A stretch of DNA of 58,139 bases from Actinomycetota bacterium (GTDB lineage: Bacteria > Actinomycetota > AC-67), in the NCBI GenBank assembly GCA_044866075.1, contig JBIOTQ010000001.1:1-58139 (forward strand). The letters run 5' to 3'. Under the pieces are notes generated by a model. The model searched no databases. It was not told where the DNA came from and worked only from the letters and a program-made list of their open reading frames with translations. Shown one piece after another: positions 34,986 to 44,485 of the stretch. The position numbers and the translations under genes are program-made. How positions within the stretch are numbered: position 1 is the first letter of the stretch; each line of letters starts with the position of its first letter.

Positions 34986-36014
34986 TCAGGGGATGAGCAG
35001 GATCCTCACGGGGTCCCCGCGCTTCGTCTTGAGCGCTTCCACGCCGTCCGCTGCGGCTTCCAGCGGAAGCGTCGCGCTGATCGAAGCCGAAAGATCGAGT
35101 CTTCCGGACGCGACCAGCCGCGCCAGCAGCTCGAGGTGCGCCGGCCGGTAGCCGTAGGAGCCGATCAGCGTCGTGTGGCGCACGGCGAAGAGGATCGACG
35201 GCCCTAGCTCGATGCGCTCGCCGCTCACGCCGACCTGGATGCAGCGGCCGTGCGTCGCCAGCGACGCGATCGCCAGCTTCAGGACCGCGTTCTTGCCGAC
35301 GAAGTCGAAGGACACATCGACGCCCTCGCCGCCGGTCGTTGCGCGGATCGCGGCGACCGCGCCGTCGGGCTCCGCGGCAAGGTCCGCGCCGAGCAACAGC
35401 GCGCGCCGCCGCGCCGAGGCGAGCGGGTCGACCGCCGCGATGAAACCGGCGCCGGCCATCCGCGCGATCTGGACCGCGTGGGTGCCGAGCCCGCCGATCC
35501 CGAAAACGGCCACGCGCTCGCCGGCCTTCACCTGCGCGACATCGACGACGGCGTTGAACGGCGTCGCGACGCAGTCGGCGAGGATCGCTCCGACCTCGAA
35601 CGGCACTTCGTCGGGCAGCCTCACACACGCCGCAGCGGGCACGACGCAGTAGTCGGCCCAGGCGCCGTCGTAGTCGACGCCGAGCGTCAGGGGCGCGAGG
35701 CAGCCGTCGAAGCGGCCGGCCCGGCACGCGGCACACTCGCGGCACGGTTTCCCCGCGTACATCATCACGCGCTCTCCGGTCGCCCAGCCGGCGACGCTCG
35801 CGCCGATCGCGGCGATCGTTCCCGACGCCTCGTGGCCCGGCGTAACGGGGGGCGGCGTTCGCACCGGCAACGAGCCGTCCATCATGTGGAGGTCCGACGC
35901 GCAGATCCCGCACGCGGCGACCTTGACGACAACCTCTTCCGGCCCCGGCGTCGGATCGGGAACCTCAGCGACTTCCAGCGGCTTCCCGATGCCCAGGAAC
36001 CGGACGGCGCGCAT
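34986..36014 (-). CDS. Zinc-dependent alcohol dehydrogenase (MDR)
   Basis: CGICASD, GHE, C..C..C.......C structural Zn site and GIGGLG. Confidence 0.93.
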   Translation of the reverse strand: MRAVRFLGIGKPLEVAEVPDPTPGPEEVVVKVAACGICASDLHMMDGSLPVRTPPPVTPGHEASGTIAAIGASVAGWATGERVMMYAGKPCRECAACRAGRFDGCLAPLTLGVDYDGAWADYCVVPAAACVRLPDEVPFEVGAILADCVATPFNAVVDVAQVKAGERVAVFGIGGLGTHAVQIARMAGAGFIAAVDPLASARRRALLLGADLAAEPDGAVAAIRATTGGEGVDVSFDFVGKNAVLKLAIASLATHGRCIQVGVSGERIELGPSILFAVRHTTLIGSYGYRPAHLELLARLVASGRLDLSASISATLPLEAAADGVEALKTKRGDPVRILLIP

Positions 36015-36069
36015 CGCTATCGAGATCGGGCCAGTCGGGCGTGCGGGGAGGAGATACGCGCGACCACGG

Positions 36070-37062
36070 CTAACCTGCCACGCGCGCCACGGCTTCGAGC
36101 GTCGCCTCGTACCCGGCGAAGCCGTCGCCCGCCGCGCCGAGACCGACCCCCGGGAGCGTCACGCCCGCGTCCCGGTACTCGGCGTATTTGTCGGCGATCT
36201 GCTTCTCGTCGCCGAACGCGCAGAACTCGTCGACCATGCGTTCGCTAATCGCCGCCATCGCACCGGCCGAGTCCCCCGACGCCAGCGCGTCGTCGAACGC
36301 CTTCAGCTCGACCTCGTATCCCGCCCCGGCGATCGAGCGCCGGTAGAACGGGAGGTTCATGTAGACGAAGAACTCCTTCCGGAACGCGTCGCGCGCCGCC
36401 TCGGGATTCGTGGTCAAGGCGGTCGGGATCGCAGCGATGATCTCCACTTCAGACGGGTCGCGCCCGGCGCTCGTCGCGGCCTCGCGGATCGTCGGCGTCA
36501 CGCTCTCGCGGATGAACGTCGGCAGACACGCCCACAACACGTCGCCGTCGCAGAGCTCGCCGCACAGCCGCAGCATGGCCGGCGCCATGGCCGCGATGTA
36601 GATCGGGAGATCTTTCCGCGCCCCGTATCCGACGAACGTCCACTGCGCCTTGTAGAACTCGCCGCTGAATGACACGGAATTCGTCGTGAAGAGCGAGCGC
36701 AGGATCTGAACGTACTCGCGCATCCGCGCCGCCGGCTTCGTGAGCTCGATCCCGTAGAAGCCTTCCATAGAGATCTTGTGCGACGGCCCGATCCCCAGGA
36801 CCAGCCGCCCGCCGGAGAACTCGTCGAGCGTCGCGGCCTGGATCCCGAGCGACAGCGGATGCCGTGGCAACGCCGGCAGCACGCCGGTCGCGAGCTTGAT
36901 CTTCGACGTCCCCGCCGCGTACGCGGCCAGCGTCATCAGGCCGTCGCGACCGGTCGTCGTCGTCGCGAGGACCATCTCATAGCCCGCGTCCTCGGCGGCC
37001 TTCACCCGGGCGACGGCCGTCGGAAAGTCCTTTCCCGGCGAGATGAAACAGGCGAGCGCCAC
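36070..37062 (-). CDS. LLM-class flavin/F420-dependent oxidoreductase
   Basis: IKLATGV, TLDEFSGGRLVLGIG.SH and PIYIAAM.P.ML. Confidence 0.88.
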   Translation of the reverse strand: MALACFISPGKDFPTAVARVKAAEDAGYEMVLATTTTGRDGLMTLAAYAAGTSKIKLATGVLPALPRHPLSLGIQAATLDEFSGGRLVLGIGPSHKISMEGFYGIELTKPAARMREYVQILRSLFTTNSVSFSGEFYKAQWTFVGYGARKDLPIYIAAMAPAMLRLCGELCDGDVLWACLPTFIRESVTPTIREAATSAGRDPSEVEIIAAIPTALTTNPEAARDAFRKEFFVYMNLPFYRRSIAGAGYEVELKAFDDALASGDSAGAMAAISERMVDEFCAFGDEKQIADKYAEYRDAGVTLPGVGLGAAGDGFAGYEATLEAVARVAG

Positions 37063-37064
37063 GC

Positions 37065-38246
37065 CTACAGCCCCAGCGTCTTCGCGATGTTGTTGCGGAG
37101 TATCTCGCTCGTCCCCTCGTAGAGGCGCTGCGCGCGGACCTCGCGCCAGAAGCGCTCGACGCCGGTCTCGGTCATGAAGCCGTTTCCGCCGTACACCTGG
37201 ATCGAGCGGTCGGCGACGCGGCCGACCATCTCGGTCGCGTACAGCTTCGCGGCGGCGGCCTCGCGCCTTCCGTCGGCGCCGTCGTCGATGCGCGACGCCA
37301 TCTCGTAAACGAACGCGCGCGACGCTTCGAGCTCGCACCACGAGTCGACGATGTACTGCTGGATGTACTGGTAGTAGCCGATCGGGTGTCCGAACGCGAC
37401 CCGCGTCTTCGCGTAGTCGGTGATCTGATCGAGCAGGTGTTGCGCGATGCCGAGCGCCGACGACGCGATGTTGAGGCGCCCGCCGTTGATCCACCGCATC
37501 GCGGAGTAGAAGCCCTTCCCGATCTCTCCGAGGACGTTCTCGGCGGGCACCTCGACGTTGTCGAAGGTCAACTCGGACGGCCGGTCGACGGTCGATGCCG
37601 TGTACTGGATGCGCGACACCTCGAAGCCGGGCATCCCTTTGTCGACGAAGAACGCCGTGATCCCGCCGCGCGCGCGCTTCTCGGCCTCGGGGTCGGTGAC
37701 GGCGAACACGACGGCGAAGTCGGCCTCGGCCCCGTGCGTGATGAAGTGCTTCCGTCCGTTGAGAACGAAGATGCCGTCCTTCTGTTCGGCGCGTGTGCGG
37801 ATGCTCGTCGCGTCCGACCCGGCCTCGGGCTCCGTCAGCGCGAAGCACATCTCCTTCTCCGCGCGCATCAACGGATCGAGGTAGCGCTTCTTCTGATCCT
37901 CGTTGCAGTCGGCCAAGATGATCGTCGGGCCCTCGACCGACGGCAGCACGCCGCCGCGCCCCGCGAGGAGCGACCCGGACCGCGCGACCTCTTCGTGTAT
38001 CAGAACCTGACCGAGGTACGAGAGGCCGCCGCCGCCGAGTTCCTCCGGCATGTGCAGCGTGTAGAAGCCGAGCTCGGCGGAACGCTTGCGGATCTTCTTG
38101 CGCTCCTCTTCCGCGTTCGCGATGGTGCCCGTCTCCTGGAGTTCCTGGGCGTACTTCGCCTCGACGGGCTTGACCTCGCGCTCGACGAAATCGCGGATCG
38201 CGTTTCGCAACTCGAGGAGCTCGGAAGGGATCTGGATCACGCTCAT
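37065..38246 (-). CDS. Acyl-CoA dehydrogenase
   Basis: FALTEPEAGSDA, LNGRKHFIT, QVYGGNG and YEGTSEI. Confidence 0.95.
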   Translation of the reverse strand: MSVIQIPSELLELRNAIRDFVEREVKPVEAKYAQELQETGTIANAEEERKKIRKRSAELGFYTLHMPEELGGGGLSYLGQVLIHEEVARSGSLLAGRGGVLPSVEGPTIILADCNEDQKKRYLDPLMRAEKEMCFALTEPEAGSDATSIRTRAEQKDGIFVLNGRKHFITHGAEADFAVVFAVTDPEAEKRARGGITAFFVDKGMPGFEVSRIQYTASTVDRPSELTFDNVEVPAENVLGEIGKGFYSAMRWINGGRLNIASSALGIAQHLLDQITDYAKTRVAFGHPIGYYQYIQQYIVDSWCELEASRAFVYEMASRIDDGADGRREAAAAKLYATEMVGRVADRSIQVYGGNGFMTETGVERFWREVRAQRLYEGTSEILRNNIAKTLGL

Positions 38247-38341
38247 GACCGCTCGCCTGCCTTCCTACCGGCGGGTAACAAGATGTGCCCGAATGGTACC
38301 CGCGTGCCCGCTTCGGCCGAAAGCCGGACTATCGTTGCGCC

Positions 38342-39148
38342 GTGAGTCTCGCGGGACGCCTCAAGCTTGCCGAAGGACGCGAAGCCGAGATCTTCGAGTG
38401 GGACGCCGGCACCGTCCTCAAGCTCTTCCGCTGGGGTCCCGCGTCGGCCGACCGCGAGGCCGCGGCGCTTGCGGCGGTCGCGGCCGTCGGAGGACCCGCG
38501 CCTCGGCTGATCGATCGTGTCGAGATCGACGGGCACGCCGCGATCGTGATCGAACGGATCGACGGCCGAGACATGCTGGCGATCCTGGAGCGCGCCCCGG
38601 CCCGGGTGTTCGCCGAAGCGAGGCGGCTCGCGGAAACCCACGCCGCCCTCCACCGCATCGCCGCGCCTCTCGATCTCCCGGAAACGAGGGCCGTGCTCCG
38701 CGCCAGGATCGCAGACGCGCCGCTCGCGACCGAGTTGCGCGCGTTCGCGCTCGGCGAACTCGACGCCCTGCCCGACGGCGATCGGCTCGTGCACGGCGAC
38801 TTTCATCCGGCGAACGTCCTCGTCGCGGGTGATCGTGTTTCGGTGATCGACTGGAGCGCCGCCTCGCGCGGAGATCCCGTCATCGACGCCACGCGCACGA
38901 AGCTGCTGCTCGACCTCGGCGAGCCGCTGGCGCCGTCGGCGTGGATGCGAGCGGTGATCCGCGTGGGGCGCCGCGCGTTCTCCGCGACGTATCTCCGGCG
39001 TTACGTGCGGTTTTCGGAGGTCGATGCGAGCCTGCTCCGCCGAGCACGGCCCGTGATGGCCGCGGCGCGGCTCGCGGAGGGGATCGCCGAAGAAGTAGAT
39101 GCTCTGATCGCCATCGTCGCGGCCGCGCGGGCCCAGGCGGCGACCTGA
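38342..39148 (+). CDS. APH-family phosphotransferase
   Basis: LAEGREAEI, VLKL, HGDFHPANVL and VIDW. Confidence 0.85.
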   Translation: MSLAGRLKLAEGREAEIFEWDAGTVLKLFRWGPASADREAAALAAVAAVGGPAPRLIDRVEIDGHAAIVIERIDGRDMLAILERAPARVFAEARRLAETHAALHRIAAPLDLPETRAVLRARIADAPLATELRAFALGELDALPDGDRLVHGDFHPANVLVAGDRVSVIDWSAASRGDPVIDATRTKLLLDLGEPLAPSAWMRAVIRVGRRAFSATYLRRYVRFSEVDASLLRRARPVMAAARLAEGIAEEVDALIAIVAAARAQAAT

Positions 39149-39149
39149 C

Positions 39150-39914
39150 TTAGCGGATCGTCTCCAGGAAAGCCTCGATGTGATCCGCGAGCTCGGCGGG
39201 AGCATGGAACGGCACTTCGCGGCCGGCCTCGAAGAGCTCCAGCGTCCCTGCCGGCAACGACTCCGCGAGCCAACGCGCGGCCTCGAACGGGACGAGCGGA
39301 TCGCCGGAGAGGTGGATCACCAAGGCCGGCGGCGTGACCTTCCTAAGGAACGGCCGGAGGTCCTCGTCGCGCGTGTGCGCCAGGATGTCTCTGGCCGCGT
39401 CACGGCCGGCCGCGGTCCAGTCGTCGCGCATCGCGATCGAGGCGCCGGGCGGCGGTTCGTCGCGCGTCTCGAGATCGCCGAAGGCCTTCTGCCAGGCCGC
39501 CTCGGAGATCCCGTACGGCCATTCGGGCCCGGCGGCCAGGCGCGGCGTCCCGCCGATGCAGACGACCGCGCGGACGCGGTCCGGAAAGTGTCCCGTGAAG
39601 TGCAGCGCCACCTGGCTACCGCGGATCCCCATGCCGAGTACGACCAGATCGCGCAGGCCGAGCGCGTCGACCACGGCGCCGAGGTCGCGCGAATCGCGCG
39701 CCGTCGTGTAGGGCGGGCCCGGCTTGTCCGACTCGCCGGTCCCGCGCCGGTCGTAGAGGAGGACGCGGTGGTGCTCGGACAATCGGCGCACGAGCGCCGA
39801 GGCCCGCATCGAACGCGAGGACAGGAACCACTGGGGGATCGCGAGGACCGTGGGATCGCCGGCGCCGACGGCATCGTACGCGATCGAGATGCTGTGAGCC
39901 TGAACACGCTCCAC
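39150..39914 (-). CDS. Alpha/beta-hydrolase-fold protein, catalytic residues degenerate
   Basis: YDRRGTGESD, FPDRV..V, P.LVIH..DPLVP; elbow reads GMGIRG. Confidence 0.8.
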   Translation of the reverse strand: MERVQAHSISIAYDAVGAGDPTVLAIPQWFLSSRSMRASALVRRLSEHHRVLLYDRRGTGESDKPGPPYTTARDSRDLGAVVDALGLRDLVVLGMGIRGSQVALHFTGHFPDRVRAVVCIGGTPRLAAGPEWPYGISEAAWQKAFGDLETRDEPPPGASIAMRDDWTAAGRDAARDILAHTRDEDLRPFLRKVTPPALVIHLSGDPLVPFEAARWLAESLPAGTLELFEAGREVPFHAPAELADHIEAFLETIR

Positions 39915-39994
39915 GTTCCCGGGAGAGTAACAGGACCCTATCCGCTGTCCTAAACTCTGCTCGGCCCAACGGGGCAACCGGTCGGGGAGGAGCC

Positions 39995-40618
39995 ATGCGC
40001 AAGGTCTTGGTGTGTGAGGACGACAACAACGTCGCGACGCTCGTGACGGAGCTGCTCCTCGAGGAAGGCTTCATCGGCATCCACGCATCGGACGTGGACA
40101 GCGCGTGGGCCTCGCTCATCTCCGAGGATCCCGACGCGGCGATCCTCGACTTGTGGCTGTACGGCCGCGAGTCCGGCTGGGACTTGCTCGACCGCATCCG
40201 AGCGAACGAACACTTCGGCACGCTCCCCGTCGTGATCCTGACCGGCGTGACCGGGAACGAGGTCGTCGAGAAGGCGGCGGCGAAGGGCGCCGAGTACCTG
40301 TCGAAGCCGTTCACTCCGGCGGCGCTCATGGACCGGCTCCGCCGCGCGATGCGAGCCGCCGGTCGCGCGCCCGGCGTGCGCGCGCACCTTTGCACGCTTC
40401 TCACGGCGACATTCTGGATCGAGGGGAACCTGCACGTGTCCGAGGAGCTCGATCGGTTCACGGACGCCTGGGAGGCCCTCGTGCGCGACCCGCGCGCGTA
40501 CGTGCCGGTCACCAACGCGACCGTGAAGACGCTCGACGGCCGCAGCGTCCTGGCGCAGTCGGACGTGATCGAGGTCCGCAAGGACCAAGTGTCCGTCGTG
40601 CTGCCCGGCACTCAGTAG
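39995..40618 (+). CDS. Response regulator (receiver + uncharacterised beta-rich C-terminal domain)
   Basis: VLVCEDD, ILD, LT and KPF receiver motifs; no HTH output domain. Confidence 0.85.
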   Translation: MRKVLVCEDDNNVATLVTELLLEEGFIGIHASDVDSAWASLISEDPDAAILDLWLYGRESGWDLLDRIRANEHFGTLPVVILTGVTGNEVVEKAAAKGAEYLSKPFTPAALMDRLRRAMRAAGRAPGVRAHLCTLLTATFWIEGNLHVSEELDRFTDAWEALVRDPRAYVPVTNATVKTLDGRSVLAQSDVIEVRKDQVSVVLPGTQ

Positions 40619-40685
40619 GCGGTACGCTCGCTCGGTTCTGGAGCGGAACCGCGATGGGAGCGACCTAGTACACTTTGTCGGCCCG

Positions 40686-40769
40686 GCGGGCGTGCTGGAA
40701 TTGGCAGACAGGCACGGTTCAGGTCCGTGTGCTCGTAAGAGCGTGGAGGTTCAAGTCCTCTCGCCCGCA
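40686..40769 (+). tRNA. tRNA-Leu(CAG)
   Basis: GCGGGCG stem, TTCAGGT loop, variable arm, TTCAAGT; usual position upstream of fhaA. Confidence 0.95.
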
Positions 40770-40893
40770 CAACCCTCGACCTTCGACGGGATGTCGCTTC
40801 TGAGCTGGCCTTCCGGCGAGCAGGGTGCCCGAACGTGCCTGCTTCGGTCACGGCCCGGATGGAAATATAGGATGCCGTCGAGGAGGACCTGAC

Positions 40894-41610
40894 CTGGGCA
40901 TCCTTCGTGATTTCGAGCGTCGCCTCGAGACCGTCGTCGAGGGGTTCTTCGCTCGCGCGCTGCCGGGCGGCGGGGTGCAGCCGGTCGAGCTCGGCAAACG
41001 GATGGTTCGCACGATGGAGGAGCAGAAGACGGTCTCTGTGGCGAACGTGTACGTCCCGAACGAGTTCACCTTCTTCCTGTCGGCGAAGGACGTCGAGCGA
41101 TTGCGTCCGGTCGAGAACGCGCTCGCGCGCGAGCTCGGGGCGGTCGCGCGGCGCGCGGCGACGAGCGAGGGCTGGCGCCTCCTCGGGCCGCCGAACATCC
41201 GGCTGATCGAGGACGACTCGCAGGCGCAAGGCACGTTCCGCGTGGAGGCGCTCGTCGTGGAGGGCGAAGATGCGGAGGCCGAGAAGGCCGGACCGCACAC
41301 GCAGCTCCTGCAGATGGCGAGCGAGCACGACGCCGAGCTCGTCGTGACGGGATCGAAGCGACGGCCCTATCCGCTGTCGAAGGACACTCTTTCGATCGGC
41401 CGGCTCGACGCGTGCGACATCGTCCTATCGGATCCCGGAGTCTCCCGGAAGCACGCCGAGGTCCGGCGCGAGGGCGACGAGTGGGTCGTGATCGACCTCG
41501 GGTCGACGAACGGCACGATCGTGAACGGCAAGCCGGTGCGGCGCCACCGGCTGGCCGAGGGGGATCGCATCGAGGTCGGGGAGACGACGATCGAGTACCA
41601 CGGAGCCTGA
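40894..41610 (+). CDS. fhaA: FhaA (DUF3662 + FHA domain); probable CTG start
   Basis: GILRDFERRLE..VEG.F, QPVE, PN.F; FHA motifs GR, SRKHA and DLGSTNGT. Confidence 0.9.
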   Translation: MGILRDFERRLETVVEGFFARALPGGGVQPVELGKRMVRTMEEQKTVSVANVYVPNEFTFFLSAKDVERLRPVENALARELGAVARRAATSEGWRLLGPPNIRLIEDDSQAQGTFRVEALVVEGEDAEAEKAGPHTQLLQMASEHDAELVVTGSKRRPYPLSKDTLSIGRLDACDIVLSDPGVSRKHAEVRREGDEWVVIDLGSTNGTIVNGKPVRRHRLAEGDRIEVGETTIEYHGA

Positions 41611-41616
41611 CAGACC

Positions 41617-42069
41617 GTGCCCGTTCTGGTTCTCAGCATCCTCAAGTTCCTGTTCCTCGCGTTGCTGTACCTCTTCATCGCGCGCGCGATCCGCGTCATC
41701 TACCTCGATCTGGTCGGGCCGCGCGTCCCCCGGTCGTCCGCGCCGGCGTCCGTTCCGGCACCGCGCAAGCGCCGCGCGCAGCCGCGCGAGCTGGTCGTCA
41801 CCGAATCCGACGGCTCACCGCGCTCGTACCCGATGAACGCCGAGCCGCTCGCGATCGGACGATCCGAGGCCTGCCAGATCATCCTCAACGACACCTACGT
41901 CTCGCAGATGCACGCGCGCGTCTACCCGAAGGACGGCGAGTGGTTCGTCGAGGATCTCGGGTCGACGAACGGCACGTACCTCAACCGCGCCAAGGTGACG
42001 CAGCCGTCCGCCGTGGGCGTCGGCGACGAGATCCGGATCGGCAAGACGACGCTCGAGGTGCGCCGGTGA
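41617..42069 (+). CDS. fhaB: FhaB/FipA membrane FHA protein
   Basis: TM LKFLFLALLYLF; GR, S..HA and DLGSTNGT. Confidence 0.9.
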   Translation: MPVLVLSILKFLFLALLYLFIARAIRVIYLDLVGPRVPRSSAPASVPAPRKRRAQPRELVVTESDGSPRSYPMNAEPLAIGRSEACQIILNDTYVSQMHARVYPKDGEWFVEDLGSTNGTYLNRAKVTQPSAVGVGDEIRIGKTTLEVRR

Positions 42070-43211
42070 ACAGCGCGGGGGTGCGGTGGGCCGCGCGCTC
42101 GGACGTCGGGAAGGCGCGCGACAGGAACGAGGACTCGTACTACGGCGGCGATCACGTCTTCGCCGTGGCCGACGGTCTCGGCGGACACAACGCCGGCGAC
42201 GTCGCGAGCCGGCTGGCGATCGAGCCCATCGCGTCCTTGGACCGGCGTCTCGAGAACGTTGCCGACGACCGCGTCGCCGACGCCCTCGCCGATGCGGTCC
42301 TGGAGGCGAACCGCGCCGTGTACAAGCGCGCGCAGGACGACGCGAAGGTGCGCGGAATGGGCACCACGCTCACGGCCGTCGCCGTTTCGGACGGGTCCGC
42401 GCACCTAGCGCACGTCGGTGACTCTCGCTGTTACCTGATGCGCAACGGCGGCTTCTCGCAGCTCTCGAGCGACCACACGCTGGTCGCTCGGATGGTGCAA
42501 GAGGGCAAGCTGACTCCCGAGCAGGCCGAGGTGCACCCGCAACGGTCGATCCTCACTCGCGCGCTCGGCGCCGAGCCCGAGGTCGACGTCGATTCTCTCG
42601 AGATCACCCTCGTCCCGGGGGACCGGCTGCTCCTGTGCTCGGACGGGCTCTCGTCCGTGATCGGCGAGGAGCGCATCCGCGAGCTCCTCGCGGGGAGCGA
42701 GGACCTCGATCGCGCGTGCCGCCTTTTGATCGACGAAGCCAACGCGAAGGGCGGGCCGGACAACATCACCGTCGTCGTCGTCGAGATGACCGGGACTCCC
42801 TCGCGCGTCGCGGCCGCTCCTCCGCGGCGGCACCCGAAGCCCCCGGCCGAGCGGCGGAAGCGGCGCGAGCGCCGGTTCCCGGTCCGGCTCGCGGTGTGGG
42901 TGGTCGTCGTGCTCGCCCTCGGGATCGGAAGCTGGTTGGGGTTCCGCTCGTGGGTGAACCGGTCGTACTTCGTCGGCGTCGAAGACGGGAAGGTCGCGAT
43001 CTTCCGGGGACTCCCCACGCTCAGTCTGAACCACGTGGAAAAGACCACCACCTATTCGATCGAGCAGATCCCCGAGCAGTTCCGGGCCCGGCTCGAGGAG
43101 GGGATCCGCGCGAAGAGCCTGGCCGACGCCCAAGCCGTCCTGGACGGGATCCTGCGGAGCGCCACCCCCACTCCGAGCGCGTCTCCCTCACCATCCCCGA
43201 CCCCGACATAA
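42066..43211 (+). CDS. pstP: PP2C Ser/Thr phosphatase
   Basis: R..NED, VADGLGGH, MGTT, HVGDSR, CSDGL and GG.DNIT; TM segment. Confidence 0.93.
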   Translation: MNSAGVRWAARSDVGKARDRNEDSYYGGDHVFAVADGLGGHNAGDVASRLAIEPIASLDRRLENVADDRVADALADAVLEANRAVYKRAQDDAKVRGMGTTLTAVAVSDGSAHLAHVGDSRCYLMRNGGFSQLSSDHTLVARMVQEGKLTPEQAEVHPQRSILTRALGAEPEVDVDSLEITLVPGDRLLLCSDGLSSVIGEERIRELLAGSEDLDRACRLLIDEANAKGGPDNITVVVVEMTGTPSRVAAAPPRRHPKPPAERRKRRERRFPVRLAVWVVVVLALGIGSWLGFRSWVNRSYFVGVEDGKVAIFRGLPTLSLNHVEKTTTYSIEQIPEQFRARLEEGIRAKSLADAQAVLDGILRSATPTPSASPSPSPTPT

Positions 43212-43216
43212 AGACC

Positions 43217-44485
43217 ATGAGCAGACGCAACGCGGAACTCGGCCTGATCATCCTCGCGGTGATCTTGTCGTTCGGCGCCTATCTGCTGGTGCATTTCGCA
43301 ACCTCCGACTCGGTACCGGCCGGCTTCGTCACGTACGCCTTCTCGGTCGCCGGCGTCGCGATCGCGGCGCACCTCGTCGTGCGACGGTACGCGCCGAACG
43401 CCGACCCGCTGCTCCTCCCGATCGGGCTCCTGCTCGCGGGACTCGGCTACGCGATGGTGAAGCGGCTGAACCCCGACCTCGGCGGGCCGCAGCTCGCGTG
43501 GATCGTCATCGGGATCGCCGCGTTCATCGTGACGCTTCTCGTCGCGCGCGATCCGCGGCGGATCGAGTCGTTCCGCTACTCGCTGATGCTCCTGGGCCTG
43601 GCATTGCTGCTCTTGCCTCTGGCGCCGGGGATCGGCCGGACCGTGTCGGGGGCGCGGCTCTGGGTGCGCGTGGGCACGCTCAACTTCCAGCCGGCCGAAG
43701 GCGCCAAGATCCTGCTCGCGGCGTTCCTCGCCGGGTACCTCGCGAGCAAACGGGAAGTCCTGACCGCAGCCACGACGCGCATCGGCCCATGGATGATCCC
43801 CGCGCCGCGCCACTTCGGACCCTTGGTCCTCGCGTGGGGGGTCTCGCTCGCCGTCATGGTGTTCGAGCGCGACCTCGGATCATCGATGCTCTTCTTCGCC
43901 CTGTTCGTCGTGATGCTGTACGCGGCGACCGCGCGCGCTTCGTATGTGATCACGGGTGTCGGGTTGTTCGCCGGCGGAACCTATCTCGCCTATCAAACGT
44001 TCGCGCACGTCCAAAACCGCATCGCGGCGTGGCTCGATCCGTGGAGCCGCATCGAGACCTCCGGTTTCCAGATCGCGCAATCGCTGTTCGCGTTGGGGAC
44101 CGGAGGGATCGGCGGCCAGGGTCTCGGGCGCGGCCGGCCGGATCTGATCCGGCGGGGCGTCGAGACCGACTTCATCTTCGCCGCGTTCGGCGAGGAGCTC
44201 GGCATGGTCGGGACGCTCGCCATCCTGTTGCTGTTCGGTGTGCTCGTCGCGCGCGGGTTCCACATCGCGCTCCGCGCCCGCGACCCCTTCTACACCCTGC
44301 TCGCGACCGGCCTGACGGTGATCGTCGGGATCCAGACGTTCCTGATCGTCGGCGGCGTCACGCGGCTGATCCCGTTGACGGGCATCACGTTACCGTTCGT
44401 GTCGTACGGGGGATCGAGCATCGTCGCCAACTTCGTGCTCATAGCGTTGCTGATGCGCGTATCCGACGCGGAGAAGACCGCGTGA
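43217..44485 (+). CDS. rodA: SEDS peptidoglycan glycosyltransferase RodA
   Basis: FQPAE..K, DLG, TDFIF...EELG and PLTGITLPFVSYGGSS. Confidence 0.93.
   Translation: MSRRNAELGLIILAVILSFGAYLLVHFATSDSVPAGFVTYAFSVAGVAIAAHLVVRRYAPNADPLLLPIGLLLAGLGYAMVKRLNPDLGGPQLAWIVIGIAAFIVTLLVARDPRRIESFRYSLMLLGLALLLLPLAPGIGRTVSGARLWVRVGTLNFQPAEGAKILLAAFLAGYLASKREVLTAATTRIGPWMIPAPRHFGPLVLAWGVSLAVMVFERDLGSSMLFFALFVVMLYAATARASYVITGVGLFAGGTYLAYQTFAHVQNRIAAWLDPWSRIETSGFQIAQSLFALGTGGIGGQGLGRGRPDLIRRGVETDFIFAAFGEELGMVGTLAILLLFGVLVARGFHIALRARDPFYTLLATGLTVIVGIQTFLIVGGVTRLIPLTGITLPFVSYGGSSIVANFVLIALLMRVSDAEKTA

Noticed and set aside
38342-39148. APH-family gene as an aminoglycoside resistance determinant
   Set aside because: Only generic kinase-fold motifs; no specific similarity to known resistance enzymes recognised
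43162-43208. Pro/Ser/Thr repeats at the pstP and pknB C-termini
   Set aside because: Ordinary low-complexity tails of actinobacterial surface domains
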